NCBI RefSeq assembly: GCF_032191835.1
Contig: NC_083227.1
Location: forward strand, 30,256,001-30,320,000
DNA: 64,000 nucleotides
From: Heteronotia binoei
Lineage: Eukaryota
Reading direction: 5' to 3'
Every line of letters begins with the position of its first letter. The stretch's first letter is position 1. A program made the position numbers and the translations under genes. This document shows positions 30,190 to 43,842 of this stretch, piece by piece. The notes below the pieces were generated by a model that saw nothing but the letters and a program-made list of their open reading frames with translations, ran no database searches and was not told the origin of the DNA.

Positions 30190-30479
30190 AAAGGTAAAGG
30201 TGTGCAAGCAGCAGTCGTTTCCGACTCTGGGGTGACGTTGCTTTCACAACGTTTTCACTGCAGACTTTTTACGAGGTGGTTTGCCATTGCCTTCCCCAGT
30301 CATCTACACTTTTCCCCCAGCAAGCTGGGTACTCATTTTACCGACCTCGGAAGGATGGAAGGCTGAGTCAACCTCGAGCCGGCTACCTGAACCCAGCTTC
30401 TGCTGAGATCGAACTCAGGTCATGAGCAGAGCTTAGGACTGCAGTACTGCAGCTTTACCACTCTGTGCCATGGGGCTCT
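30190..30479 (-). mobile_element. Sauria SINE (Squam1)
   Basis: GGGGAAGGCAATGGCAAACCACC and (ACCTTT)n BovB-like tail on the minus strand. Confidence 0.85.
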
Positions 30480-30591
30480 TAATATTGAGATATAAGAATA
30501 TAATATAATTTCCCTTCCCCTCCACCTCCATCATCTGCTACTAAAAGCAGCAGCTAGTAATAAATGGATTGAAAAAGGTGTTTGAGGAGAA

Positions 30592-30869
30592 AGCCAGTTT
30601 GGTGTAGTGGTTAAGTGTACACTTATCTGGGAGAATGGGGTTTGATTCCCCACTCCTCCACTTGCACCTATTGGAATGGCCTTGGGTTAGCCATAGCTCT
30701 CATAGGAGTTGTCCTTGAAAGGGCAGCTTCTGGGAAAGCTCTCTCAGCCCCACTCACCTCACAGGGTGTCTGTTGTGGGTGAAGGAGATAAAGGAGATTG
30801 TATGCTGCTCTGAGTCTCTGATGCAGAGAGAAGGATGGAGTATAAATCTGCAGTCGTCGTCTTCTTCTT
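30592..30869 (+). mobile_element. Squam3-type SINE
   Basis: Full family match. Confidence 0.85.
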
Positions 30870-30924
30870 TCATCAAAAGGAGGGGTTGGCTACCACCTGT
30901 CTTCTTCCTCACCCTGTCCTGGAA

Positions 30925-31430
30925 GAATATGAGAAGCCATGTTGGATCTGGCCAGTGGCCCATCTAGTCCAACACTCAGTATCACACAGTGACCAAAACC
31001 CAGGGGTCATCAGGAGGTCCACCAGCAGGTGCAGATCTCCAGAAGCCCTCCCACTGTCTCCCCACCCCAGCACTAAGAGTACAGAGCATCACTGCCCCAG
31101 ACAGAGTGTTCCCTTTATACTTTATGGCCAATAGCCACTTAAGGACCTTTGCTCTATGTTTATCCAATCCCCCCTTGAAGCTGTCTGCTTATAGGTGCCA
31201 CCACTTCCTGAAGCAGTGAATTCCACATTTTAAATACCCTTTGGGTGAACAAGCACTTCCTTTTATCTGTTCTTTACCTCTGCCTCCACCTCTCTCATGG
31301 CAAAAGCTATAGATTTCTGCTTCATATATTTATCCAACTCCTTCTTGAAGCTATCTATGCTTGTAGCCACCACAACTTCTTGTGGCAGTGAATTCCACAA
31401 TGTTAATTACTTTTTGGGTGAAGAAGAACT
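30925..31430 (-). mobile_element. CR1 3' end fragments
   Basis: GAGAAGCCATGTTGGATC tail plus WNSLP-type coding remnants on the minus strand. Confidence 0.7.
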
Positions 31431-32199
31431 TCCTTGTATCCCACCAGGAGATCACCCTTTGCTGGCAGCCCACTCAGCATTAGTGCTTCACCCAGCCTTT
31501 CAGGAACTGGTGCCATTGAATCCCATTTCTCCCCACTTAGGATGTGATCTTTCCATTATTTTCAGTGGCCGTCCCCTTGGCCCTCCCATACTGAGCTGTG
31601 TACCCAGTCCAAGAGGTTTTGCTGCCCAAGGAAGCCTCTGCCCAGCCCCCCCCCCCCCGCCCCATTCTGATGAAGTGGAGTTTCCAACATTGAGGATCTG
31701 TCATTGTGAATATAAAGGGAGAAGCAGAAGGCAAGAAGATTCTCCATCTTGTTCCTAGAAACCAAGCGCTACACAACTGGCAATGCTGGCTGAGTTAGGG
31801 CTAACTTAGTGCCAAGTGTCAGAGTTGGGACCCAAAAGCTGTTCTCAGTACCAGACTGAAGGCTGATGTCCTTAAACAGAACCTGAGGGCATTCTCCTAT
31901 GAGCAAGATAGCCAGAACTAAGAGCAAGATGGTGACTGTAGATTTGTTGGCTGAAAAGTTTCCATGAGAGTTAAGGGCCTTGCAGGAGATTGGCGGGGGG
32001 TGGGGTTGGGCTTTTTAATCTTCATTCTGAGAATTTAGAAAGGGGGGTTGAAGGGTTTCCAGGTGAAAATGGATCCAGGATGTGAAGGATTTGGTTTGCC
32101 TGGGCTGTCCAGATCAGGGCACAGATGACCCATCACCTCGCAATTCATTGGTGTGCATCAAACCTGGATTTCAACCAAGGCTTGTTGTTGTTGTTTTTT

Positions 32200-32530
32200 T
32201 TAAATATTATTTTATTCGATTTTTTAGCCTGCCCTTCCCATAGAACAGGCTCAGGGTGGGTTACATCATAAAAACAATAAACAGTAAAAAACCAATTTAA
32301 AATATATAAAATCTAAAATTACAAAGTAACAGTAGATACTAAAATGGCAAATTCTGCCTTACAAACATGTCCAGGTCCAGCTGGTCTTATAGCACTAGGG
32401 TGGAATAAAGGGGGGAGGCCAGTAACAAGTGATGTCCACTACATCAGCTGAAAGCCTGGCGAGAGAGCTCTGCTTTACAGGCCCTGCGGAACTGAAGTAG
32501 ATCCCACAGGGCCCAGATCTCCAGAGGCTC
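32200..32530 (-). mobile_element. L2 LINE 3' end
   Basis: Minus strand LLQFRRACKAELSRQAF followed by the L2 tail (CCCTGAGCC...GGGCAGG). Confidence 0.7.
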
Positions 32531-34009
32531 ATGGCTTGTTGTGGCATCGGAATTCACAGATTTTTCAAGCACACTGACCATAGAGATGGCAGATAGGGAC
32601 AATCTCCATCCTAGGGGTAGATGGGAGGGGAGGTAAGAAACAGACAAACGAGGGTTGATACACTAATTGGGATTTTATTACTTGCATTTGGAAAGCTCAC
32701 TAGAGTTTGGTAAGCTAGCTAGAAAGACAAGGGGTAATCATTGCTAGGGAGGAATGTTGCTAATGATGTCATAATTTGTTCCAGAATGTAATACCCAAGT
32801 GCTGGAACATAAGGAAAATTGTTGGTGGGAAAATATAAGCAAGCAGACATCAGTGGATCACTAGAAGGATTCGAATAGATCCCTAGAAGGATCTGAAGGG
32901 AAATGTTCCCAGGGCCCTGAAATGCAAAAGATGCCTGAAATTCAGCTGGGCACAAAAGGTTATTTACTGCAATATATATAATCCATGCTGTGTTATGTTC
33001 ATCTTTATACCAATACAGTCATAAAATAGAATTTTTATATTTTTGTATGGAGGAAGGTGGCAGAGCCCACGAAGGCCCTAGGGCCCACAGAAGTCATAAT
33101 GCAGGCCTGCTCAGAACTCCCTTTCTTCTTCTTCAGTACACCTCTTACAGTTCCCTCACACAGACAGAATAAACCCATAGTGGTACACTTGCTTACATCT
33201 AGCTTTGTGTGTGTGTATAAATTTTAAACTGAACAAGGCAGTAATTATATCCAGTCATTACAAGGAGATGTACAGTTCTAGAACATGGGGAATGAATCCT
33301 GTTTCTTTGTTTTGGGCATCAGGGTGGGAGCTGGAAAAGGAAGAGTTTGCCAGAGCCCCTGAAGCTCTTCTGCAAGAACGATGAATCTTTCATCTGTGTG
33401 GTCTGTGACCGATCTAAGGAGCACAGAGACCACAACACCCTTCCTCTTGAGGAGGTCTCCCAAGAGTACAAAGTAGGAAGTCAACAACACGGAGGATGGT
33501 GAGGAAGAGCTGTGGATCCTCCCCTTCTTCTTTCTCTCTTTGCTGCCTCCTTCCTGGTTTTGTAGCTCCCATTGGCATTGCTTCCTTCCCCCCTTGCTGA
33601 GGCTAAAGTAGGGTGATATGGGGGAATGGATTCCCTTCCTCTCTGGCTGTGTTAAGATCTGGCCAGCCTATGGCATGGCTGAGCTAGGAGGGGGCAGCCA
33701 CCTAACTCCTAGTTTTAACACACACACACCAACACATACTGCTTTTACAATTTCAATTGCTGTTCTTGAGTGTGTTTGCCTCAGGGCGGGGCGGGGGGGG
33801 GGAGAATGTGTTCAGGTTCCTCTCCCACCCCTGCACACAATGAGGTAGCAGTTTTACATCAGAATTACAGCATGGGTCTAATCTTTTATTTGTGGCCAAA
33901 AGTGTCATAGAAAAACACTTGGAAAAACCAGTTGAGCCCACAAATTGACATAAAAACTGTGGAATTTATACATTATGGCAAAAATCACAACTAACTTTTT
34001 TTGTTCCAG

Positions 34010-34870
34010 CTTGGCTTCCTATATTGGAATACTCAAGTACCCCTGGAGCCATTTTGACAATGGAGGCCCAGGTGGTGATCACTGTCAGATCAGCCTTTGA
34101 CCATCTTAGGCGGATAAGGCAGTTGGTTCCCTTCCTTGAATGCAGCAACTTGGCAACTGTGTTCCACGCTACGATCAGTTCCAGACTAGACTACTGTAAC
34201 ATCCTCTACATGGGGCTGCCCTTGTCTCAAATCCAGAAGCTGCAACTGGTGTGGAACGCAGCAGCCAGGTTGTTATTAGAGCTACCTACACGGGAGCATA
34301 TTCAACCTGTGCTGAAAGCACTGCATTGTCTGCCTGTGACATTCTGGATTTGTTTCAAGGTGCTAGTGCTGACCTTTAAAGCCCTATATGACCTGAGATC
34401 TGCCTATCTTCAGGACCGTCTTTCCCCATATGTGCCCCAGAGAGTACTGCGTTCAGGGACCCAAAATCTGGCGATCCCCATGCCAAAGGAGGCCCAGCTA
34501 AGCACCGCCAGGGCTTTCTCCATGGCATCTCCTGCATGGTGGAATGCACTTCCAGACAACATCGGAGCCCTGCGGGATCTCCCGCAGTTCCGCAGGGCTT
34601 GCAAGACAGAATTATTTCACCTTGCGTTCAGCGAATAATGTGGGAGACAGGCAGCTGTCAAGTTGGCAAAGAACTCTGCTTCAGCACTATCTGATGAGAT
34701 CTCTGGATTGCATTGGTGAAGTTATTGCTTATTGATTATGTAATTTTAACTTATTATTTATTCTATAGTAATTTTGATGATTATGTTTCATGTTTTGATG
34801 TTCTTATGGTTTTAATGGCTGTTAGCCACCCTGAGCCCTCCTATAGGGAGGGCAGGATATAAATCCAATA
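34010..34870 (+). mobile_element. L2 LINE ORF2 C-terminus and 3' tail
   Basis: ORF 34024-34638 with SRLDYCN, LHCLPV, FKVLVLTFKAL, WNALP, FRRACKTELF; tail GCCACCCTGAGCCC...GGATATAAAT. Confidence 0.92.
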
Positions 34871-35059
34871 AAGAAAAAGAAAGAAGAGATACCTGATGTG
34901 ATAGAAGAACTTTGTTTATGGTAGAAAACTAGGATGTATTGATCGTCAACCTACGTTACCAACTTCTATATTTAATATGTTATTTTGTGACTTGTTGTAT
35001 TCTGTTTAATTATATAATCAAGTGTTTTTGGGGAAAAAGAATTACAGCATGGGAGGCAG

Positions 35060-35255
35060 GAGAGCTATGCATAAAATTGCCTTATTCTGACCTGTCCGGG
35101 TCCACTCTGACTGGCAGGGGCTCTCCAGGGACTCAGGTGGAGGTCTTTCACATGAACTGCTACTTATTCATTTCAGCTGGAAATGCCAGGCATTGAACTC
35201 AGGACCTTCTGTTGGCCAAGTAGGTGATCTATCACAACCATGGCCCTTCCACTGC
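35060..35255 (-). mobile_element. Squam2-type SINE
   Basis: Degenerate family match on the minus strand. Confidence 0.65.
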
Positions 35256-37015
35256 ACTATGGAAGGAAGGAATCCCCTCCTTCCCACAGCTGCGGTTGCT
35301 TCCGCACAGAGCTTCCCCTTCTTTCATCTGCTCTTTCTTGGAAGATCATCAAAGAGGGTTTGGGAAAGTGTGGACCAAAAAGTATGCATGTCCACCCTCT
35401 ACCACCCCCAATCCAATGCCATTTACCCTCCCGCCTGGCATTCTCCTTCACTCCCCAGTGAACTTTTTGCTGTTTTCTTTTTTATAATTGGCACTAGTCG
35501 ATATATTTTTGTAGTGTTAACACAACATAGTGTTATACCGACCATGTATAATATTTTTAATGCAAAAAACCTCCAAACCCTCCTGTGGTGGGGGTGGAAT
35601 GGTGGGGAAAGCATGGAGTGAATCTCCCCCGAGGAAGCAGTGTGACCTCTGGGAGTATTTCTGCATTGAAGATGGGCACTATTCCCTCGATAAAGTTTGC
35701 TGCATTTAGCATGTCGGAAATGTTGAAGGTCCCGTTATGCATATGGGGCAGATAGATCTAGTTTGGCCCTTAATGACAGTTTCACTTTTTGTATGTTTTA
35801 TAGTAGACTTCAGAAATAGGAAAAAACCCTCAGTTTTGGTCCTTCCCCTGTTCCCCCAGGATCAATTCTGCCGCAGTCTGAAGATTTTGAAAAAGAGAGA
35901 AAAAATTGTGGCACCTAGAGAAGATGTAGAGAAGAAAAGCCAAGAGCTCCTTGTAAGTGTCCCTGTGGCTGGGAAGTGGAGATTCTGAAACTAGTATAGG
36001 GGGTAAACAAAGTCCAAATAGCAGAAAAACCAATCCACACAAGAGCCTCATCCCTTCCAATTTGGACAAACCTTCAAAGATGGTTAATATTCAGGCCCCC
36101 AAAGGTAAACGTAACATTGCAGTTCTAAGCAGAGTTATACTGGGTTAGCTCTTTTCTCCCCTGTGGTATTTCTACTCAGCCATTGTACCTCATCCCCCAT
36201 TGGGAAGTTTGGAGGTTGGCTTGTGAAGAGTGTTTTAGTGGGGGGGGGGGGAATGGACTGAAGAAGACTCTTCTACTCTCTGGGCCTTCTGCTTCAGTCT
36301 GAATCTTCTGTGGCTGAAATAACCCCTCCAGGAGTTTCAGTGAGATCCATGTGAACTTTGGGCCTTAAGGATGGGTCATTGGGAATACTTTCTCTTTCCT
36401 AACTTCACTGTGTTGTGTGTGAGAGGCCACAGTGTCCTTCCAATAGGGGTCTTCTAATGTGCCTCTTCCCACCTCAGAGACCAGCTGTGTTCCTGACACT
36501 GGCCTGCTTTTCTATTCTCCCCATCTTAGAAGCAAACCATAGGAGAGAAGCAAAAGTCATTAGCCAAGTTCAGACAACTGCACATGTTTCTGGAGGAACA
36601 AGAGAAACACTTGCTGGCCTAGATGGAAGAGGTGGAGAAGGAGGTAGCAAGGAACAGGGACCAGCACTTGGCTAGACTTTCTGAGGAACTTTCCTCTCTG
36701 GAAAGCCTCATGCAGGAGATAGTGGAGAAGAGTCAGCAGCCGGCTGGTGATCTCTTGCAGGTGAGAGTGTGGCAAGAACAGGTAGACTGTCTTGGGGAGA
36801 GAGCTTCTGCTGTTCTTCAGAATCCTCATTCTTCAGAGTCCTCATTTGCTCAAGCTGAGAATCAAGAGGCTATGATTCATACTGTTGGTGGTGTGGAAAG
36901 GATGCAGTTCACTGATGCTTCTGTTCTGAGAAGGCATTGATGTACCCTTTGCTAGTGCATTCCTCGTTCATTCAGGAATGTAACACCATATTAAACAGTG
37001 CCTGACCAAAGGGAG

Positions 37016-37086
37016 AACATAAGAGAAGCCATGTTGGATCAGGCCAATGGCCCATCCAGTCCAACACTCTGTGTCACACTGGCCAA

Positions 37087-37121
<35 letters not shown>

Positions 37122-37190
37122 TACACACACACTGTGGCTAATAGCCACTGATGGACCTCTGCTCCATATTTTTATCTAACCCCCTCTTGA
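37016..37190 (-). mobile_element. CR1 3' end with internal (AT)n(AC)n microsatellite
   Basis: Reverse complement of 8000-8170, including the microsatellite at the same internal position. Confidence 0.85.
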
Positions 37191-38703
37191 GCCAGTTTGT
37201 TGTAGTGGTTAAGAGTAGCAGACTTTAACCTGAAAAACAGGGTTTGATTCCTCACTCCTCCACTTGAAGCCAGCTGGGTGACCTTGAATCAGTCACAGTT
37301 CTCTCAGCGAGAATACCCCCCAGCCCTAGCTTGCCACAAAAAAGAATGAGAGTTTCAGGCTGCCAGATTATCTTTGGATCTCCTGGCTATACTATACCCA
37401 TACGATATTTATTATTACTGACCAAAGACCCAGTGGATGCTGTGGGATGACCCTATTGGAGAAGAAGGGATGGCTGTTAGTTGAGTGGTTAGGGAGCTAC
37501 AGGAGATAGATGGAGGAATCTCTGAGGTTTGTGTATGTTTTGAGCAACAAAAAGCAAATCCTTACAAGATTCATAGACAGCCCTTTAAAACAGCCAGAAA
37601 TGAGGGCACTATGCAAGATCTGTAGCAGATCATGCAGCTCTTCTCTGAAATGGCTTCACTTTGCCTGCTGATGTCATTCCCTCATGAAGAGGGTCTCCCA
37701 TTTTATGAAGATCCAGCCCCATCCTTGAGTAGGACATACAAGAAAAGGATTTAAAATGTATTGCTCTCCAGGATATATATGTTTGTGGGGGGGAGTGTCT
37801 TCCCAATTTGGCCCATGGCAATTGTTAGCTTTTCTTTCTTTTCCCTTCTTTAGGATGTCCAAAGCACCTTGCAGAGGTAGGTAGCTCCTTCTCTCTCATT
37901 GCCTTCCTGATGCTGGGATAGATCTGGGTGGTGTGTGAATAAAATGGCCCTTCAGGCTCAGGACCACAACAGACGTGGCTAGGATACAGTTGTAAATGGC
38001 AAACTGCCAATGAACACAGTCCCAAGGACAGAAAATCATGCCCCCAAACTGCAAGGGGGGATGTCGGGGTTAAGACTTGGACATGCACTTCTAGAAGGTT
38101 CTGGTAGTATTCTGATGCTACATCAGGAGGTGGTCTCATTTATCAGAGAAGCCACTCCACCTTTGGACATGCACAGATTGAGTTCAGTCATCTCAGCTCT
38201 TTCAGTTCCACAAAATGGCAGGAGGTAAATGTTATGGTTTCAACTGGTGTCTTGGTTGGCATCTGGGCTACTTAGAGGGCCACTTGAACATCAAGCTCTG
38301 TGATGAAAGCTCTGCCCAGTCTAGGGTGTGCCATGTGTGAGGGAGGCTACTCATGAGGGAGCAGAAGCTTGTGCAATGAGCATTCCCGCCACCACTCAGC
38401 ACTTAAAGGTATTTTCTTGCTCAGACTAAACTAGAGGATTTCCAGGCTGCTGATTGGCCTCTTAGCTGTAACTTTGCCTCTTTGCTGTAACTTTTCCCTA
38501 TTTTTAGAGGAAGGAGCATGCTGTGACATTATTGGGCTTTAAGCTTTCATGCCTCACACAAGCTGCAGGCTATTAAAAGGAGTAGAAGAAAGGAAGCTTT
38601 TGAATGCCATGTAATGTGCTGCAGGGCCGAGAGGGGAAATGAGCTTGGACCCAGTCCTGGCCCAGCTTTCTAACCACTACACCACAGCAGCTTCTCTATC
38701 TAT

Positions 38704-38977
38704 GAAGAAGATATTGGATTTATATCCCGTCCTCTACTCCAAAGAGTCTCAGAGCGGTTCACAATCTCCTTTACCTTCCTCCCCCACAACAGACACCCTG
38801 TGAGGTGGGTGGCGCTGGAGAGGCTCTCACTGCAGCTGCCCTTTCAAGGACAACCTCTGCCAGAGCTATGACTGACCCAAGGCCATGCTAACAGGTGCAA
38901 GTGGAGGAGTGGGGAATCAAACCTGGTTCTCCCAGATAAGAGTCCGCACACTTAACCATGACACCAAACTGGCTCTC
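38704..38977 (-). mobile_element. Squam3-type SINE
   Basis: Full family match. Confidence 0.85.
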
Positions 38978-39119
38978 TGCAATACTGCTTATAGTGCTGT
39001 TGCCTTAAGGAGAAGTTAGAATAAAAAATGATTTTAAAAGACCTTACACAGTATTATCTCTCTTGTATTTGATTATTGCATCTATGAATTTTGCCACTGA
39101 GAGTGAACATATATATGAA

Positions 39120-39370
39120 CACATGAAGCTGTGAGTGAGAGTGAACATATATATGAACACATGAAGCTGCCTCATACTGAATCAGACCCACAGTCCATCA
39201 AAGTTAATATTGTCTACTCAAACTGGCAGTGGCTCTCCAGGGTCTTAAGCTGAGGTTTTTCACACCCAGTTGCCTGGACCCTTTGTAGTTGGAGATGCCA
39301 GGGATTGAACCTGGGAGTGGACCTTCTGCTTACCAAGCAGATGCTCTATCACTGTGCCATCGTCCCTCCC
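39120..39370 (-). mobile_element. Squam2-type SINE
   Basis: Family match; tail partly duplicated at 39105-39170. Confidence 0.7.
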
Positions 39371-41653
39371 ACGATCATTAGTATCTGACAGCAACCATAT
39401 GGCTTGCACACTCAGCAATTCCATATTTTTAAGTAAAGAGGTGACAAAATTAGCCCTCAACTCGTTAAATATAGGGCACTCCATAATCATATGTTTGATA
39501 GTTTCACAGTAGCTTGCTTCTTTCCCTAGACAGATGTGAGGCAAGACTGAAGGGCTGCTGCTGTTAGGCAAAAAAATCCGTTCCTTTTGATGTTTGATTT
39601 AGCCTTAAGATACATGGCTTTGGGGTCTCAAGAGTAACTGCAAAGAAGTAGACTCTCTTCTCTCCAAAGGGCCTCCCCTCTTTCTCTGCTGTTAGCCACA
39701 CAACCATCGTCTCTAGGCCTTTTGTGTATTCCTGCATTTCTTTGCTCTGCTTATGGGAATTCTGGATTGGATAGATGGTGGCTTAACATGGTTTGTCTCC
39801 AGGTATGAAGAAAAGGAGATCTCTGAGAATCCAGTGACTTTTCCTCTTGCATTGAAATGGAGGATCTTGGACTTCTGTGACATCAATCACTTGCTGGAAG
39901 GTGTCATGAAGCAGATGAAAGGTAATAGAGAAAAGCTTTAGAGATTTCATTAGGTGAGTTCAGGTATGAGTGTGGAACCTTGCCGATCACTTTGTGTCAC
40001 TCACCGGGCCATTTGGACAGGGGATTCATATGCCAATTCTGAAAGTCATTTTAGTTCTCCATGGAATGTTTTCTGATCAAAATTCCTCCAGTGGCTTTAG
40101 CACACTTCTGTATTCTCTTGATTTTTTTACAGTGCTAATTCCCACTACTCCCCCACCTTTCATGTTTTCCCAGGCTCAGAGCATTTTATATTTCTTTAGT
40201 TTCTGTGATCCTTGTGCTTTTTCTTTGTTTTAGTTCCAGTTCCAGTAACGTTTAATGGCATACCAGTTTTATTTTAAAAATTGCATTGCTGAATCCCACT
40301 ATTCCCCCACCTTTCCATTATTAACAAAATGCCGCAAGAGTTTTAAGCATGTTTGTATTTTTAGTTAAGACATTATATTTTAATTGTGTTTGCCTTTGTC
40401 CTTTATAAAGTTTATATCTCTGCTACCTCACATTACAGTTTATGTCACACATGGCCTGGCCCCACAACGTCCCATTTGTGTCACATCTGGCCCTTCTCAC
40501 GAATGACTTTGACACCTCTGGCCTTAGCATACTTTCTGTGAAGCATGTCTAAAGTAACTCAAAGCAGATAACTTCTAGATAACCTTGTTCAGGATCACTG
40601 TTGGGTCTCCATTAGTAGTAAAGTGTCAGGTTGCCAAATGTGACCAATTTTTCCTTTGTGGTCTCAGTCAAGCTTCAGCCTTAATTAGGAACCGAGAAAA
40701 AATTCATATTAAGTGTAAACAAATGTAAATATCTGCACACCAGTAAAAATTTGGAGAGACTTCATCCTTGAAGTGGCTGCTCCTTAATCCTTCAGCTAAA
40801 ACAGACAAAATGTTGCTAACTGATCATCTGCTTATTTTCTGTTCCATTCACTTCCTTAGACAATCTGGATTCTGGACTTCATTTGCAAAAAGGTACACTT
40901 TGTGCACAAATCAATTATTTCTTAACTAAAAAGCTTCTCCTCACAAACTGTGTTGTTTTACTTGGTGTTTCTCCAGTGACAAGATTCCCTGGACACGCTT
41001 GTTTTGTCCCTCCAAACCTCTGAATGTGGAGGTTCCTTTCAATGATCATGGCTAGTAGCCCTTGGCAGGCATCTCCTCCATGAATCTGTCTAATCATTCT
41101 TTTAAAGCCATCACTATTCCTCTGGAGCAAGTTCCATGGTTTTTTTCACTGGTTGAGGAAAGAATTGCTTCCTTTTGTCCTATCAATTGTAGCATGGTCC
41201 TGGTTCTCTCTAGAAGTCACAGGTATCTGGTTCACACCCAGAATGCAGAATTTTATTAGTAAACTACTAAAAAAAAATAGAAGTCACAGGTATCTGCTTC
41301 ACACACGGAGTTTCAACAGAATATAGATCTCGCTCTTCTTCCATTCCCCAAGTTTCCTGGACTGTGAAGCAGAGAAACTATTATGGGAGTGTTTTTGGTT
41401 TTGTTTTAGGTTTTGTTTTAAGGGGGACAGCTGAAATGACAGGCAAGCAAGGATATATACCTATTAAAACAAATAATTACACGTTTGGAGGATATTTTTG
41501 TAAGTCCTCCGCTAACCTTTAGCTGAGATTTCAGACCCATTCCAATCAGAGATAGAGAAATTCTGGCCAAAGGAGGAAAACCTCCAAATCCTGAATGAAA
41601 TCCTAATGATCTGAGCAAGAATCTAATTCTTGGGATACATCTAGGATCAGGAC

Positions 41654-41846
41654 CAATGCTCCCTCTAAGCTGCAGAGTCTTGTGAGTAAAAATTCGACTT
41701 TGTGAACTACTGGCATTAAAGTTGTGAGCTCCTGCATAAATTATTGTGCTCTGGGGTCATCCGTCCTGAGTGAAGACAAAAATGTGTGAGCTGGAAGCTA
41801 AAAATCTGTGAGCTAGCTCATACTAACTAGCTTATAGGGAACACTG
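41654..41846. mobile_element. hAT MITE specific to paralog A intron 7
   Basis: Perfect TSD ATCAGGAC at 41646-41653 and 41847-41854; the homologous site in paralog B (about 57250) is empty. Confidence 0.88.
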
Positions 41847-43009
41847 ATCAGGACTAGATCCACTTTGCATGTTTAATCCATTCTTTCATCAGTTCATTTT
41901 CATGTGATCAAGTTGTTTGTGTAAATGCTCTCCCACATGTGATTTTTGCTTTTGTCTAAGCAACCAACCAGGTCAGGGAGAGCCATGGGGAACAGACACA
42001 CCTGGGATACTAATAATAGATTCAGGTGTGTGTGGGAAACAACTCTGCCATTTGTCTCTCAGATGAACCGGCTTCACTTCTGTTTTCTTCTCCTCCCAAC
42101 AGCAAATGTGACTCTGGATCCTGACACAGCCCATCTCAAACGCATCCTCACTGAGGATCGGAAAAGTGTAAGAAAAGGAGAAAAGGCTCAACCTCTACCC
42201 AACAATCCTCAAGAGATTTGATGAATATTCCTATGTACTGGGCCGTGAGGGATTCAGAGCAGGCCACCATTTCTGGGAAGTCCTTGTGGGAAGTGAGGAA
42301 GAATGGGATGTGGGGGTGACCAGAATGTCTGCGAGGAGGAAGGGAGTGTTCCTCTTTGGTCCTGAGGAAGGATTCTGGGAGGTGGGGAAATATGAGGGCC
42401 ACTTTAGGGCTGCAGTAGAAGATAGTAACCTGACCCTGAATGGAGAGCTCAAGAGGATCCGAGTGTGCCTGAACTACCTTGGGGGGCGAGTGGCTTTTTT
42501 TGATGCTGACCGAGCAGCCCTAATCTATGAGTTCTCTGGAGTCACCTTCACTGGAGAGACCCTCTTGGCCTCCTTTAGGGTGCATTTGAAAGGCCACCTC
42601 CAACTTTGTTAAGACAGTCATTTTGTACCAGGGCCATTAACAAAACAATTCGGACATTTATTTACACTTATGCCAATGTTTATGTAAGATTATTTTCTGT
42701 TACGTAATTATGTTCTGTTATGTATAATTATTTTCTTTCATAGAAATATTATAATTTTTTTCTGTTTGTAAAAATTACACAAATTATATTTTTAAAAAGA
42801 CTCCTGTTTTGTAGTTCTGCAAAAGGTCTTCTCCAGGGTCTCGATCAGCAAAACTGATAAATAAAATTGAGTCTCTACAAGTTAAGGGGAAAGAAGGCAT
42901 CAGTGTCTGTTCCAGCAGACAAGGTAACAGTTCCTCAGACCAAGACAGCTGCTGTTTTCCTCTGGGAAGGGTGTTGGCTGCACATTTTTCCTTTTAAAAA
43001 TGAAAGTCA

Positions 43010-43190
43010 ACAAATAGTACTTTCTAAGACAATCTATTCTGAACTTCACCTGCAGAAAGGTACATTTCATGCACAAATCAATTATTTCTTAACTAAAAAG
43101 CTTCCCCTCAAGATCTAAGTTCCTCTACTTGATGTTTCTCCAGTGATAAGATTCGCTGGACATGCCTGTTTTGCCCCTCCAAGCTTTGGA
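43010..43190 (+). pseudogene. Orphan copy of TRIM exon 7 with flanking intron
   Basis: AG|ACAATCTATTCTGAACTTCACCTGCAGAAAG|GT (43029-43059, 31 nt); downstream intron is homologous to 40893-41020 and 56519-56650. Confidence 0.8.
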
Positions 43191-43564
43191 GGGTGGGCTC
43201 TGTGACACTGTACCCCACTGAGGTCCCTGGGCTCCCCAGACTCCATCTTAAAATCTCCAGGAGTGTCAACCCTCCCTCCCCCATCCTTTGCCAGTAGCCA
43301 GGAGGGACGTGGCAACCCTTGCATTGATACGCACCTGCTGTCTGAAACCTGCCTGCTGGGTCTTGCTTGGAAAGGGGCAGGCGGAGGTGGGTGCCTGTTA
43401 CTCCCTCCTGCTGTTCTGAGCAGGACAGAAAGGCAGGGTCTAATATAAAAACGAATAAATAAATGCCTGGCCCCTCCCCGTTGCCATTTGGCTCTGCTGC
43501 TCCCGTCTGCAGCCACTTCCTCCGAACTTTTCCTGAGCAATTCCCCTTTTGGGGACCTCCACTA

Positions 43565-43842
43565 GCCCTGTGGCGCAGAGTGGTAAAGCTGCAGTACTGC
43601 AGTCTGAACTCTCCGCTCATGAATTGTTTGATCGTGGTGGAAGCTGGGTTCAGGTAGCCAGCTCCAGGTTGACTCAGCCTTCCAGCCCTCCAAGGTTGGT
43701 AAAATGAGTCCGCAGCTTGCTGGGGGGAAATTGTAGATGACTGGGGAAGGCAATGGCAAACCACCCAGTAAAAAAGTCTGCCATGAAACGTCACCCCGGA
43801 ATCGAAAACGACTGGTGCTTGCACAGGGGACTACCTTTACCG
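43565..43842 (+). mobile_element. Sauria SINE (Squam1)
   Basis: GTGGCGCAGAGTGGTAAAGC head; GGGGAAGGCAATGGCAAACCACC; ACCTTTACC tail. Confidence 0.85.

Larger units (their letters stand above)
29656..42612 (+). pseudogene. TRIM pseudogene, paralog A (RING-Bbox-Bbox-CC-PRY/SPRY)
   Basis: Exons 29656-30005, 33323-33472, 35860-35952, 36530-36760, 37854-37876, 39803-39921, 40860-40892, 42103-42612 are collinear with the intact paralog. Lesions: deletion/frameshift after RING plus TGA at 29994; nonsense TAG at 36620-36622 (CAG in B); +1 frameshift near 42209. Confidence 0.9.
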
